From positions 17,404-81,403 of the IMG/VR virus record IMGVR_UViG_3300032293_001310: a stretch of DNA of 64,000 bases; one strand, given 5' to 3'. Below are positions 10,437 to 19,766 of the stretch, piece after piece. The notes beneath the pieces were generated by a model that was not told where the DNA came from, did not search any database, and saw only the letters and a list, made by a program, of their open reading frames with translations. This stretch comes from a virus. Position 1 is the stretch's first letter, and each line of letters starts with the position of its first letter. Position numbers and translations under genes: made by a program.

Positions 10437-12221
10437 ATGGACAATATCGAGAAACAACTTCTGGAACTCGAAGAAAACCTACATAAATGGTTCAAGGAGA
10501 AATGGGTAAGATTCGGACCAGATGGTAAGATACGTGGTCAATGTGCCAGAGAAAAATCAAGCGAAGGTAAGCCAAAATGTCGTCCACTAAAGTCTGCACA
10601 AGCGATGGGAAAGAAAGGTAGAGCAACTGCTGCACGCAGAAAGAGACGTGAAGACCCAAATCCAGATCGTAGCGGCAAAGCAAAAAATGTAAAAACCGAG
10701 GCTGATAAGATGGATGAACTAAAGTGCTGGAAGGGATACTCACGAGTACGTGGTGTGCCTGCTGGTGCACCAGGTAGTTGTAAAAAGAAAACAGAGGAAT
10801 CTATAACAGAATCTTCCAATTTCTCTATTGAACAACTGGCAACCATTAGCGATGAAGCACTGGATCAAGCATATGGATATGGTCGCAGCACGACGGGTAA
10901 TACTTTTGGTTGGCAGGCTAATGTAATGTCTGCAACATATGCTAAAGAAGTAATTGATATGGGCGTCACTGACATCGAAAAAATTGCGAATGCTATTCAC
11001 AAAGGATGGAATGTCACGGCAAAAAAGTTTGTTGAAAATCCGGATCAATTTGATGATACTGAAAAACTACGCCAGTCTGGTAAACTGGATAATAAGATAC
11101 AACAAAGAAAAAAATTGATGAATATTGATTACAACCAACTAAGCGATGCCGAAAAAGAAAAGGATCGTGTTGTAGCTCGTGCTTTGTTGCAATCGTTGAA
11201 AAAAGAATTGAGCGAATCTATAACACCAGAAACCATACATAAACTTGCAGACGACTTAGGTATTGAGTGGGACAACGAGCCAAGCTTTCTTGAACTTACA
11301 AAAGAGTTGACGGGTAAAGAACACTTGGACGATTTAAATCAAGCAGAGTTGATGAAAGTTAAAAACCATTTAGAAAAACAAAATATAGCAGAAACAGAGG
11401 AATTTACTATGGATAATGTAAATGAAAATCATATGTGCCCTATTTGTGGTGGAGAACTTGTGTCAGAACTATTGATGAACGAAAAGAAAGATGCTTGTTA
11501 TTATAAAGTTAAATCGCGCTATAAAGTGTGGCCAAGTGCATATGCTTCTGGTGCATTGGTAAAATGCCGTAAAAAAGGAGCAAAGAACTGGGGAACCAAG
11601 TCAGAAGGCGTTGAAGAACTTGATGAAAAATGGAGTGAAAAATATAAGCGTAGCATTGATTGTAGCCAGCCAAAAGGATTCAGTCAAAAAGCACATTGCC
11701 AAGGAAGAAAAAAGAACGAGGAAACACTTATGAAAGAAGAACAACTAAAGAATATAATCAGAGAAATGGTAGATGAACTGTATAAAGAACAGACCCAGAT
11801 GCAGGATGAATGTTGGGAATGTTATGAAGCCGCAATGCAGGAAGGTACCGATGAAGTTTGGGAAGAATGTTATCGCAAGACAAATTGGAACATGGTACCA
11901 GAAGGTGAAGAACACACCTGCGAAGGTGACACATTTTATGAAGTATACGGGGACCAGAGGTATGAAGCCGATGTAATTGAAGAAGCAGAATATCGTGGTC
12001 GTAAAGTAAAACTCGGAAAGCCAATGAGAGGCGATGTCAAGAAGTTTAAAGTGTATGTTAGAAAACCAAACGGTAAAGTTGTAAAAGTCAATTTCGGTGA
12101 CAAGAAGATGCGCATTAAGAAGAGTAATCCGAAACGCCGCAAGAGTTTTAGAGCAAGGCATAATTGTAAAAATCCTGGCCCAAGATGGAAAGCACGTTAT
12201 TGGAGTTGCAGAAAGTGGTAA
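10437..12221 (+). CDS. Modular polyprotein of basic Cys/Trp-containing modules and an RyR-like domain, probable internal virion protein
   Basis: K/R-rich modules separated by acidic L/I/M-x-E linkers; IHKGW...DYNQLSDAEKEKDR resembles the RyR domain. Confidence 0.7.
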   Translation: MDNIEKQLLELEENLHKWFKEKWVRFGPDGKIRGQCAREKSSEGKPKCRPLKSAQAMGKKGRATAARRKRREDPNPDRSGKAKNVKTEADKMDELKCWKGYSRVRGVPAGAPGSCKKKTEESITESSNFSIEQLATISDEALDQAYGYGRSTTGNTFGWQANVMSATYAKEVIDMGVTDIEKIANAIHKGWNVTAKKFVENPDQFDDTEKLRQSGKLDNKIQQRKKLMNIDYNQLSDAEKEKDRVVARALLQSLKKELSESITPETIHKLADDLGIEWDNEPSFLELTKELTGKEHLDDLNQAELMKVKNHLEKQNIAETEEFTMDNVNENHMCPICGGELVSELLMNEKKDACYYKVKSRYKVWPSAYASGALVKCRKKGAKNWGTKSEGVEELDEKWSEKYKRSIDCSQPKGFSQKAHCQGRKKNEETLMKEEQLKNIIREMVDELYKEQTQMQDECWECYEAAMQEGTDEVWEECYRKTNWNMVPEGEEHTCEGDTFYEVYGDQRYEADVIEEAEYRGRKVKLGKPMRGDVKKFKVYVRKPNGKVVKVNFGDKKMRIKKSNPKRRKSFRARHNCKNPGPRWKARYWSCRKW

Positions 12222-12239
12222 AAATTAGATACTGTTAAT

Positions 12240-13424
12240 ATGAAAAAAACCGAACTAAAACAATTAATAAAAGAAGCGGTCGTCAAAGTATTGTACGAAC
12301 AAACGCTACCGCCCGGTATAAGTCCCGATGCCGTGATGACTTTGGATCAGTTTATTAAAGGGTCGATTGAAGAAGCAGAAGGAGATTTTCTTGGTGCAAG
12401 AACCAGACCCATTTCTCCAGAAGAAATGCAGGCGTATCTAGATCGCGTTAAGAGAAAAGAAAAAACCGCAGGCGACAAATATAATCTTCCATATATCCAC
12501 GGAAGTAACATAAAAATAAAAAACGAAGAAGGAAAAACTTACGACCAAGAGAGGTTGAAGGATGCCATAAAAACTCGTCCATCACAAATATTAAAACAGA
12601 ATGCCAAGATGGCAAAGAGTTCAGGTCCAAACACTGTGTTTTTTGATATCGGGTTGCCAGCATTAAAGGGGTTGGCAGTAAATGAAAAAACCAACGAGTT
12701 TATAGTCGTTGACACATGTCCGGGCGCAGGACAGTGTAAAATATATTGTTATGCAATGAAAGGTGGATATGTTCAGTGGAAAAGCGTATCGTTATCACAA
12801 ACTCGACTATTGAACTTTCTAATTAACGATCCTCAAGGATTTAAATCTCAATTTCAATCCGAATTGGAGTCTAAAGCAAATTCTGCATTAAAACGCGGTA
12901 AAAAAGTGTTAGTGAGATGGCACGATGCTGGAGACTTCTTTAGTCCACAGTATTTGAACATGGCATTTGATATTGCCCGCAGTTTTCCCGAAATTGAATT
13001 TTATGCTTACACAAAAATGGCAGATGTTGCTCAGAGCGATAAACCTGCAAATTTTAAGATGAATTTTTCTATGGGGGCAAAACCCGAACAAGAAAAGCAG
13101 ATAGATTTTGATAAGACCAAACATTCTACGGTGATACCAAAACCGATGTTTGACAAATATATTTCAAAAAATGAAAAAGGAAAAGCGGTCAGAGACAAAA
13201 AAGGAAGAATGCAATTTAAAGACGACGACGAACTAAATTCTTTTAAGCAAGATTTGGCCGCAAAGTATAGAGTACCAGTTGATAGTATTCTTACATATGA
13301 CGAGATGCTAGATACACCAGAATCCGATGAGCAGAACAAGTACAACGTAATCGTTCGTCCCGGCGATGGAGATGTAAGTGCAAGTCGCGGAGATGTTAAG
13401 GGAACATATTTATTAATCCACTAA
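12240..13424 (+). CDS. GP88-family (radical-SAM-like) protein with N-terminal extension
   Basis: CPGAGQCKIYCYA, RWHDAGDF and FYAYTK motifs. Confidence 0.75.
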   Translation: MKKTELKQLIKEAVVKVLYEQTLPPGISPDAVMTLDQFIKGSIEEAEGDFLGARTRPISPEEMQAYLDRVKRKEKTAGDKYNLPYIHGSNIKIKNEEGKTYDQERLKDAIKTRPSQILKQNAKMAKSSGPNTVFFDIGLPALKGLAVNEKTNEFIVVDTCPGAGQCKIYCYAMKGGYVQWKSVSLSQTRLLNFLINDPQGFKSQFQSELESKANSALKRGKKVLVRWHDAGDFFSPQYLNMAFDIARSFPEIEFYAYTKMADVAQSDKPANFKMNFSMGAKPEQEKQIDFDKTKHSTVIPKPMFDKYISKNEKGKAVRDKKGRMQFKDDDELNSFKQDLAAKYRVPVDSILTYDEMLDTPESDEQNKYNVIVRPGDGDVSASRGDVKGTYLLIH

Positions 13425-13430
13425 ATTATT

Positions 13431-14075
13431 ATGAAAAAATCAGAACTAAAAACATTAATAAAAACCATAGTCGTAGAGGCTATTTCAGTAAAAGATGAAC
13501 TTAGACGCAAGTCCGCAGATGAAAGTTTAAACAAGACGCCATCGAAGATGAACGTAAAAGAAGAAATCTTGAAAATGATTCGTGAAGAAATTCACGAGAT
13601 GTCACGTACTGCCGGTTCTATCGGTAATAAATTTAAAGTACAAGATCCAAATTCTCCAACTGGATGGGTAGCCAGTGGCCACCCAAAAACACCAGATGGA
13701 ACGCCAGTACCACCGCCGGGTAAAGCCGCTGGCATCAGCGGTTCCAAACCGACGGGCACCCCCGATTCAGACGAAGACGAAGGAGATGACGAGGATTCTG
13801 GACCAGTCGCCCCAGTCCAAGCAAACTCAAAGGTGTCTATTGTCGTTGATGGAGATGAACTTCCCGCCAAGTTGGATATGAATAAAGTAAAAGGCCCGAT
13901 AATGGGCTATCTGAAGTCTGTTCTTAGCGGGTCAAACATAATTATGTACAAAGCCCACCCGTCCGTACAAGAAAAACTAGATCAATTGAGCGATCTATAT
14001 ACTGACGATAAGTTACCTCTTGATGCAAAATTGCAACTTTCTATACAGAAAGACGGCACTATATCTGCAATTTGA
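13431..14075 (+). CDS. Hypothetical protein, probable head-packaged protein
   Basis: N-terminal MKKSELKTLIK; internal repeat of the motif (EEILKMIREEIHE). Confidence 0.7.
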   Translation: MKKSELKTLIKTIVVEAISVKDELRRKSADESLNKTPSKMNVKEEILKMIREEIHEMSRTAGSIGNKFKVQDPNSPTGWVASGHPKTPDGTPVPPPGKAAGISGSKPTGTPDSDEDEGDDEDSGPVAPVQANSKVSIVVDGDELPAKLDMNKVKGPIMGYLKSVLSGSNIIMYKAHPSVQEKLDQLSDLYTDDKLPLDAKLQLSIQKDGTISAI

Positions 14076-14098
14076 TATAAGGGTAAACTCGCTTGCTC

Positions 14099-14129
14099 GT
14101 TCTGCCGCTTTTTAGCGGCAGAACTTTTT
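14099..14129 (+). terminator. Intrinsic terminator
   Basis: GTTCTGCCGCT/AGCGGCAGAAC 11-bp stem followed by TTTTT. Confidence 0.85.
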
Positions 14130-14188
14130 ATATATACAAAAAACTATTTTTAGTTCATATATATGAATAAACAAAAGTTATACTAAAT

Positions 14189-15034
14189 ATGGATAATACA
14201 ATACCAGTTACAAAGCAGAATACATTGACGACATCGTTGGTACAGCCCGCCGAATCTACTAAGCAATCGGCACCAACTATAACAGTAAAACTACCAACAA
14301 AAGGTTATTTTTATCCCACAAATCATCCATTGTCGAGCGGTACAATTGAACTATATCATGTCACTGCTAAACACGAAGACATTCTTAGTAACAGCAATCT
14401 TCTAAAGAAAGGAACAGTATTGGATGAATTTTTGAAAGCGTTGATTGCTACACCAGGCGTTGCATTAAACGATATTTTTATTGGAGACAAAAACGCATTG
14501 TTCATAGAGTCGAGAAAAAATGCATACGGTGAAACATATACCACAAAAATAAAGTGTCCGGAGTGCGGCGAAGAATCTAACGTTGATATAGATATTTCCG
14601 CTGTGGGATCAAGGGCGTTTCCATTTGAAAACTATGTTCGCGGAGAAAATAAGTTTACATTCTTGCTTCCATCGTCGAAAAAGACAGTAACGTGGGGATT
14701 GTTAACGCACAAGGATGAAAGTGATATAGATCAGGAATTAAAAGCACTTGCTAAATTGGGAACCAGCACATCCGCACCAGAAGTTACCACCCGACTGAAA
14801 TATACAATAAAGGCGATAGACGGCGAAACGGACCGCGCAAAGATCAAGAATTTTATTGATACACAAATGGTTGCAAAAGATAGTTTGGCATTCAGGCGTC
14901 ACGTTAGAGAAACCACTCCGGATTTAGATATGATGTTTGACTTTAATTGTCCAAAATGTGGGCACACTCAAAAGATGCCGATTCCTTTGGGAGCAAACTT
15001 TTTCTGGCCAAACTTGACTGACAGAGATATGTGA
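14189..15034 (+). CDS. Baseplate hub assembly/tail chaperone protein (T4 gp26-like), copy 1
   Basis: LPTKGYFYP, TAKHEDIL, two CxxC motifs, terminal FFWP; immediately upstream of the tape measure region. Confidence 0.8.
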   Translation: MDNTIPVTKQNTLTTSLVQPAESTKQSAPTITVKLPTKGYFYPTNHPLSSGTIELYHVTAKHEDILSNSNLLKKGTVLDEFLKALIATPGVALNDIFIGDKNALFIESRKNAYGETYTTKIKCPECGEESNVDIDISAVGSRAFPFENYVRGENKFTFLLPSSKKTVTWGLLTHKDESDIDQELKALAKLGTSTSAPEVTTRLKYTIKAIDGETDRAKIKNFIDTQMVAKDSLAFRRHVRETTPDLDMMFDFNCPKCGHTQKMPIPLGANFFWPNLTDRDM

Positions 15035-15945
15035 AATTAAATTCGGAAATAATAGATTTAGCATCCGAAGGATATTTTTACCCAGAAGACAATCCACTGT
15101 CGTCTGGTAAATTGGGAATATTTCCAATAACCGCTGAATACGAAGAACTGTTAAGTAATTCGAACCTAATTAAACGAAATTTACTTGATCGGCATTTTTT
15201 GACCCACATCGTTGACGGTACATTAGACTACGACAGTTTATTAAATTGTGATCGTGAATCGATATTATTGAATCTTAGAATTGCCAACTATGGTGCTGCA
15301 ACAAAGATAAAAGTAAGATGTGAAGAGTGTGAGGCGGATCCTGAGTTTGATATATCCTTTGCTTTCAAGTCGAAACCGTTTGATTTTTCTAAACACACGC
15401 GAGGAAAAAATAAACTAGAATATAAGTTTAAAAAAACTAATAAAACTTTGTATTTTAAACTTCCTACCGTCAACGAACAGCGGGTATACGTTGAACAAGG
15501 ATGGTTGAATTTTCTTAAGCGTATAACTTTGGAAATTGATGGCGTTGACGATATATCAAGTTTTTATGAGTATCATCTACCTGCAAGTGATAGTAGAGCA
15601 TTTAGAGTATACTACGAAAACAACACACCGGGATACCAAAACACCGTATCAACTCAATGCCCGTCGTGCAAGAATGTAAAGAATTCAAAATTGGAAATAA
15701 ACGAGGACATTTTCGGTATATCGCCCGAAAGCAAGATGCTTATACACGGCGAAATATTTGACTTGTGTTATTATAGTAACGGTGCATTTACACAAGAAGG
15801 TGTATATAAAATGCCCACAAGTTTACGAAGTTTTTATATAAAAAAGTTGGTTGAGGCAAAAAAGGCGGAAAAAGAAGCAAATGAAGCCGCCGCAAAGGGG
15901 TCTGGAACGGGTAAAATAGCACGCCCACCTACAGTAAAAAGATAA
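15031..15945 (+). CDS. gp26-like paralogue with fused C-terminal chaperone (gp51/TAC-like) segment
   Basis: LASEGYFYP..PLSSG, two CxxC motifs, then FGISP...VYKMPTSLRSFYIKKL. Confidence 0.75.
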   Translation: MKLNSEIIDLASEGYFYPEDNPLSSGKLGIFPITAEYEELLSNSNLIKRNLLDRHFLTHIVDGTLDYDSLLNCDRESILLNLRIANYGAATKIKVRCEECEADPEFDISFAFKSKPFDFSKHTRGKNKLEYKFKKTNKTLYFKLPTVNEQRVYVEQGWLNFLKRITLEIDGVDDISSFYEYHLPASDSRAFRVYYENNTPGYQNTVSTQCPSCKNVKNSKLEINEDIFGISPESKMLIHGEIFDLCYYSNGAFTQEGVYKMPTSLRSFYIKKLVEAKKAEKEANEAAAKGSGTGKIARPPTVKR

Positions 15946-15986
15946 GTTCGGGATATATTTATAATATAACCTGATATATAATAGAC

Positions 15987-18900
15987 ATGACTGAACAAGA
16001 GAGAAAAAAAATGTTTGAGGACTTTGAAGATTTTAACGAATCTAGGAAAAAGTCCGAAGAGGATTATTATTCTCGATTGGAAGATACATTAAATATTTCA
16101 AAACAAATAAACGATCAATATAGAAACCAGCAACGTAATATTGGCCAAATCAATAGTGATATTTCAAAAACGCTAACAAAAATACAGGCACAGAAAGTGG
16201 CCATAGAAAAAAATCGAGAAGCATATAAAAAAGTCAATACTGAGATAGTGCAAGTTGATCAAACTCTACAAGGATTAGACTCTTTGCGTATACAAAGTTT
16301 GCGAATAATTCAAGAAACTACACAAAAGATCAATCAAAGTGTTGTTGTTCAAAAAGATGCCACCGAAAGAATTATAAAACTTAAACAAGAAGAACAGCGA
16401 ACTACGGAAGAAATTGCCAATTTGGAGAAATCGTCTTTAAAAAATAAAGCCGCGCAAGAAATAAACACCAAAGCATTACTTGCTCACAGGAAAGAGCAAA
16501 GACGAGTAGAAGAACAATTACAAGGCGTTGAAGCGGCAATTGTAGAAAAACAAAAAATGGGAATAACGAGCGGAGATGAATATAATAAATTACTGCTCAG
16601 GCGAGACGCTATTGTAACACGCGCAGTAAATATGCGAGTCGAAGAAGCAAAGTTGATGGATGACGGACAAAAATATGCAAAAAGAGAAAGTAATATACAA
16701 CAAGAGATACTAAATAAAAGGCAAAGAGTTAAAGACATTGGGGATGCGATAACAGAAAGTGAAGAAAGATTTGCTGCGGCTGGGTTAGTCATAGACGCAG
16801 CAATGAAAGCGCGTGAAAAGGCGCAAAAAAATGAGGCAGAAATATCGGAGGCTATAAATAAGAAACAAGCACAGCGCAATGCTTTGATCGAAAGGCAGAA
16901 GGTACTCCAAGACCAACATACAACATTGACGAATGCTTTAAAAAAATCAGAAGAATATTTAAATAAACTATACGATCTCAGAACAAAGTATATAGCACGA
17001 TTGAATTTCTGGAAACTTATTAAGATGGCATATGACCGATTTGTTGAACTAGACAAGGCGGCAGAAGAATTCAGAAAATCTACCGGATTTACGAATACTC
17101 AAATGGTAGAGTTGAGAAAAAACGTTGAACAAGTTAATCGTGAATTTGCGGACATGGGCGTAACAATACAAGAAGCATATAAATCCGCAGAACAACTTGT
17201 AAATGTATTTGAGAGAACGTCGATGGTTTCAAAAGAGGCAGTGCAAAACGTATCACTACTTGCACAAAATTTTGGAGTAGCACAGGAAGTTTCTGCACAA
17301 GTGCTGGAAACTTTTATGGGAATTGGTAAGTCTTCGGAACAGGCGGCGTTTGATACCATGAAACTCGGTGCTGCACTATCCGAAAAAACGGGAGTCTCTT
17401 TTGCAAAGGTAATGAAAGACATTTCAAGTGCCAGCGAAACTACAATCAACATGATTGGGGCTTCGCCAGCAAAATTAATGAAAGCGGCAATTGCTGCCAG
17501 AGCACTGGGGTTGGATATAAACAAGATCGCTTCGTCTCAAAGAAAACTTTTAGATTTTAGTTCTAGCATAAATGACGAACTTCAATTGAGTGCATTGTTA
17601 GGAAAAAGTATATCTTTCCAAAAAGCGCGTCAACTGGCGTATGAAGGTAAGACGGACGAAGCGTTAAAATCTACACTGGAAACTGTTAAGGCGGCAGGAG
17701 ATTTTGAAAAAATGAACGTATACCAGCGCGAACAACTCGCAAAAGCGGCTGGTATGGAACTCAAAGACTTGTCAAAAGCACTGGCAGTAGAAAAGCGCCG
17801 CGAAGAAATATTATATGGTTCAGATGAAGTCGCTAGAAGTAAGTTGCTTGCACAAGAAGAAGAGTTGAAAAAAATGAAAGAAATGACGGAGGCAGACGAA
17901 AAAGATCTCATCCGTCAAAATGAAAAACTTTTAGCACAGCAAAAAATGCAAGGAGTCATGACAAAGTTGACGAACATCATGAATTCTATGAGCATTGCGT
18001 TTGCGGATATATTTGAACCAGTAATATCTGCACTTGCTGACACAATAGTTCCGTTGTTTAAAGCAATTGTTGCGATACTTAAAGTAACTATAATACCGTT
18101 GTTTAAATTAATGGCGTATCCGTTACAGGTTGTAGGAGGTATAATTTCCGATCTTACTAAAAAATTTCAAGAATTTATGGAGGGACCAGAGTCTACCAAT
18201 AAATCTATAGTTTCTATAAAAGAAAGTTTTAAAAGTCTTTTTGAAAAGGTCAGTGAATTCTTTGATACAACCTTTGGAAAGGTAACGAAATTTATCGCTG
18301 GTGGCAGTCTGTTATATATGTATTTGATGGGGAAATTTTCTATGGGAGGGATATTGGGGTTGATAAAAAAACCATTCGATATGCTTGGGTCACTTGCTTC
18401 AAAAGGTATGTCAAAAATTCCAGTGATTGGAAAAATGTTTCAACCCCCATCTTCAGTCGGTGCAACGGGGGCCGCTGCCCAACAAACCGCGCAGGCATCA
18501 AAAGCGACCCAAGGAGTAAAAAGTGGAACTGGCGTAAAAGACTTTTTAAAGAATTTAGCATCTGGATTAAAAAGTATGGGAAATGCCAGAGTTTTACTCG
18601 GAGCAATTAATTTAATACCCGCATCAATTGGACTTGTGGCAATGATACCGGGTATATTAGGTGCTAAATTGTTAGAACTTATAAATGGAGAAAAATTAAA
18701 AGATGGCTTAAGTGGATTGGCCGCAGGGTTAAAGAAAATGGGAAATGCCAGTGTATTGTTGGGTGCAATAAATTTGTCATTGGCGGCTGTTGGTTTAGTA
18801 GCAATAATACCCGGCGCAATCGCAGCAGCAACAATGTCTTTGATTGGTAAACCGATAGAAATTGGACTAAAATTTCTAGCACAAGGAATTGGTCACATGG

Positions 18901-19754
18901 GAAAACCTCAAGTCCTATTAGGCGCAGTCGGTCTTGCTCTGGTAGGCGCATCGTTGATTCCATTTGCATTTGCTATGCAAATGTTCAGTGATGTTGACTG
19001 GGGCTCGGTTGGAATAGGCACGTTGGCGCTCATTGGGTTCACGGCGGCAGCATTTGGTCTTGGTGCAATACTTATGTCGGGAGTTGGTGCAGCAATATTT
19101 GGAGCAGGAGTTATAGGAATAGCCGCACTCGGTGCGTCGTTGATACCGTTTTCTTTAGCGGCACTGGCTGCTGGGGCGGGGGTTAAAATGTTGGGAGAAG
19201 GTATATCTACATCGGTAGATCCTATATTAAGACTGTCTACAATCGATTTGACCAGCACCGCACTTGGAATAGGAGCGGTTGGAGTTGCATTGGCAGCATT
19301 TGGCGCGGGGTCGGCTGGTGCTGGTCTTGGTTCATTCGTAGGAAAATTGTTAGGTGGAGATCCTATAGAAAAAATGGAAAGATTGGCTAATATAGGAACT
19401 AAGTTATTAGTCACCGCCTCCGCTATAGATACTCTGTCTAGCACATTCTCTAAATTTACTGAAGTAGAAGTTTTTGCAAAATCTATAGATGCGCTTACAC
19501 TGTCGTTGGGACGAATGAATGAGCAACTTGAAAAAACAAGTACAATTAAATTGGCAGCACTTGCTGTTATGTCCGTGAATACGGCAAAATCTTCAGATAC
19601 CGCCAAGGATTCCGCTGCAAAACAAACAGGTGTTGGTGGCGGAGAAGGCGTGATTGCAAAACTTGATGAACTTATTGTATTATTGAAGGAAGGTTCAATT
19701 GGAGTAAATATGGATGGCGTTAAAGTATCTAAAGCATTAGCCAAGGTGTCTTGA
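15987..19754 (+). CDS. Tape measure protein
   Basis: 1255 aa; long coiled coil followed by Gly/Ala-rich hydrophobic repeats; position after the chaperones. Confidence 0.85.
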   Translation: MTEQERKKMFEDFEDFNESRKKSEEDYYSRLEDTLNISKQINDQYRNQQRNIGQINSDISKTLTKIQAQKVAIEKNREAYKKVNTEIVQVDQTLQGLDSLRIQSLRIIQETTQKINQSVVVQKDATERIIKLKQEEQRTTEEIANLEKSSLKNKAAQEINTKALLAHRKEQRRVEEQLQGVEAAIVEKQKMGITSGDEYNKLLLRRDAIVTRAVNMRVEEAKLMDDGQKYAKRESNIQQEILNKRQRVKDIGDAITESEERFAAAGLVIDAAMKAREKAQKNEAEISEAINKKQAQRNALIERQKVLQDQHTTLTNALKKSEEYLNKLYDLRTKYIARLNFWKLIKMAYDRFVELDKAAEEFRKSTGFTNTQMVELRKNVEQVNREFADMGVTIQEAYKSAEQLVNVFERTSMVSKEAVQNVSLLAQNFGVAQEVSAQVLETFMGIGKSSEQAAFDTMKLGAALSEKTGVSFAKVMKDISSASETTINMIGASPAKLMKAAIAARALGLDINKIASSQRKLLDFSSSINDELQLSALLGKSISFQKARQLAYEGKTDEALKSTLETVKAAGDFEKMNVYQREQLAKAAGMELKDLSKALAVEKRREEILYGSDEVARSKLLAQEEELKKMKEMTEADEKDLIRQNEKLLAQQKMQGVMTKLTNIMNSMSIAFADIFEPVISALADTIVPLFKAIVAILKVTIIPLFKLMAYPLQVVGGIISDLTKKFQEFMEGPESTNKSIVSIKESFKSLFEKVSEFFDTTFGKVTKFIAGGSLLYMYLMGKFSMGGILGLIKKPFDMLGSLASKGMSKIPVIGKMFQPPSSVGATGAAAQQTAQASKATQGVKSGTGVKDFLKNLASGLKSMGNARVLLGAINLIPASIGLVAMIPGILGAKLLELINGEKLKDGLSGLAAGLKKMGNASVLLGAINLSLAAVGLVAIIPGAIAAATMSLIGKPIEIGLKFLAQGIGHMGKPQVLLGAVGLALVGASLIPFAFAMQMFSDVDWGSVGIGTLALIGFTAAAFGLGAILMSGVGAAIFGAGVIGIAALGASLIPFSLAALAAGAGVKMLGEGISTSVDPILRLSTIDLTSTALGIGAVGVALAAFGAGSAGAGLGSFVGKLLGGDPIEKMERLANIGTKLLVTASAIDTLSSTFSKFTEVEVFAKSIDALTLSLGRMNEQLEKTSTIKLAALAVMSVNTAKSSDTAKDSAAKQTGVGGGEGVIAKLDELIVLLKEGSIGVNMDGVKVSKALAKVS

Positions 19755-19766
19755 TATTTATAGCAT

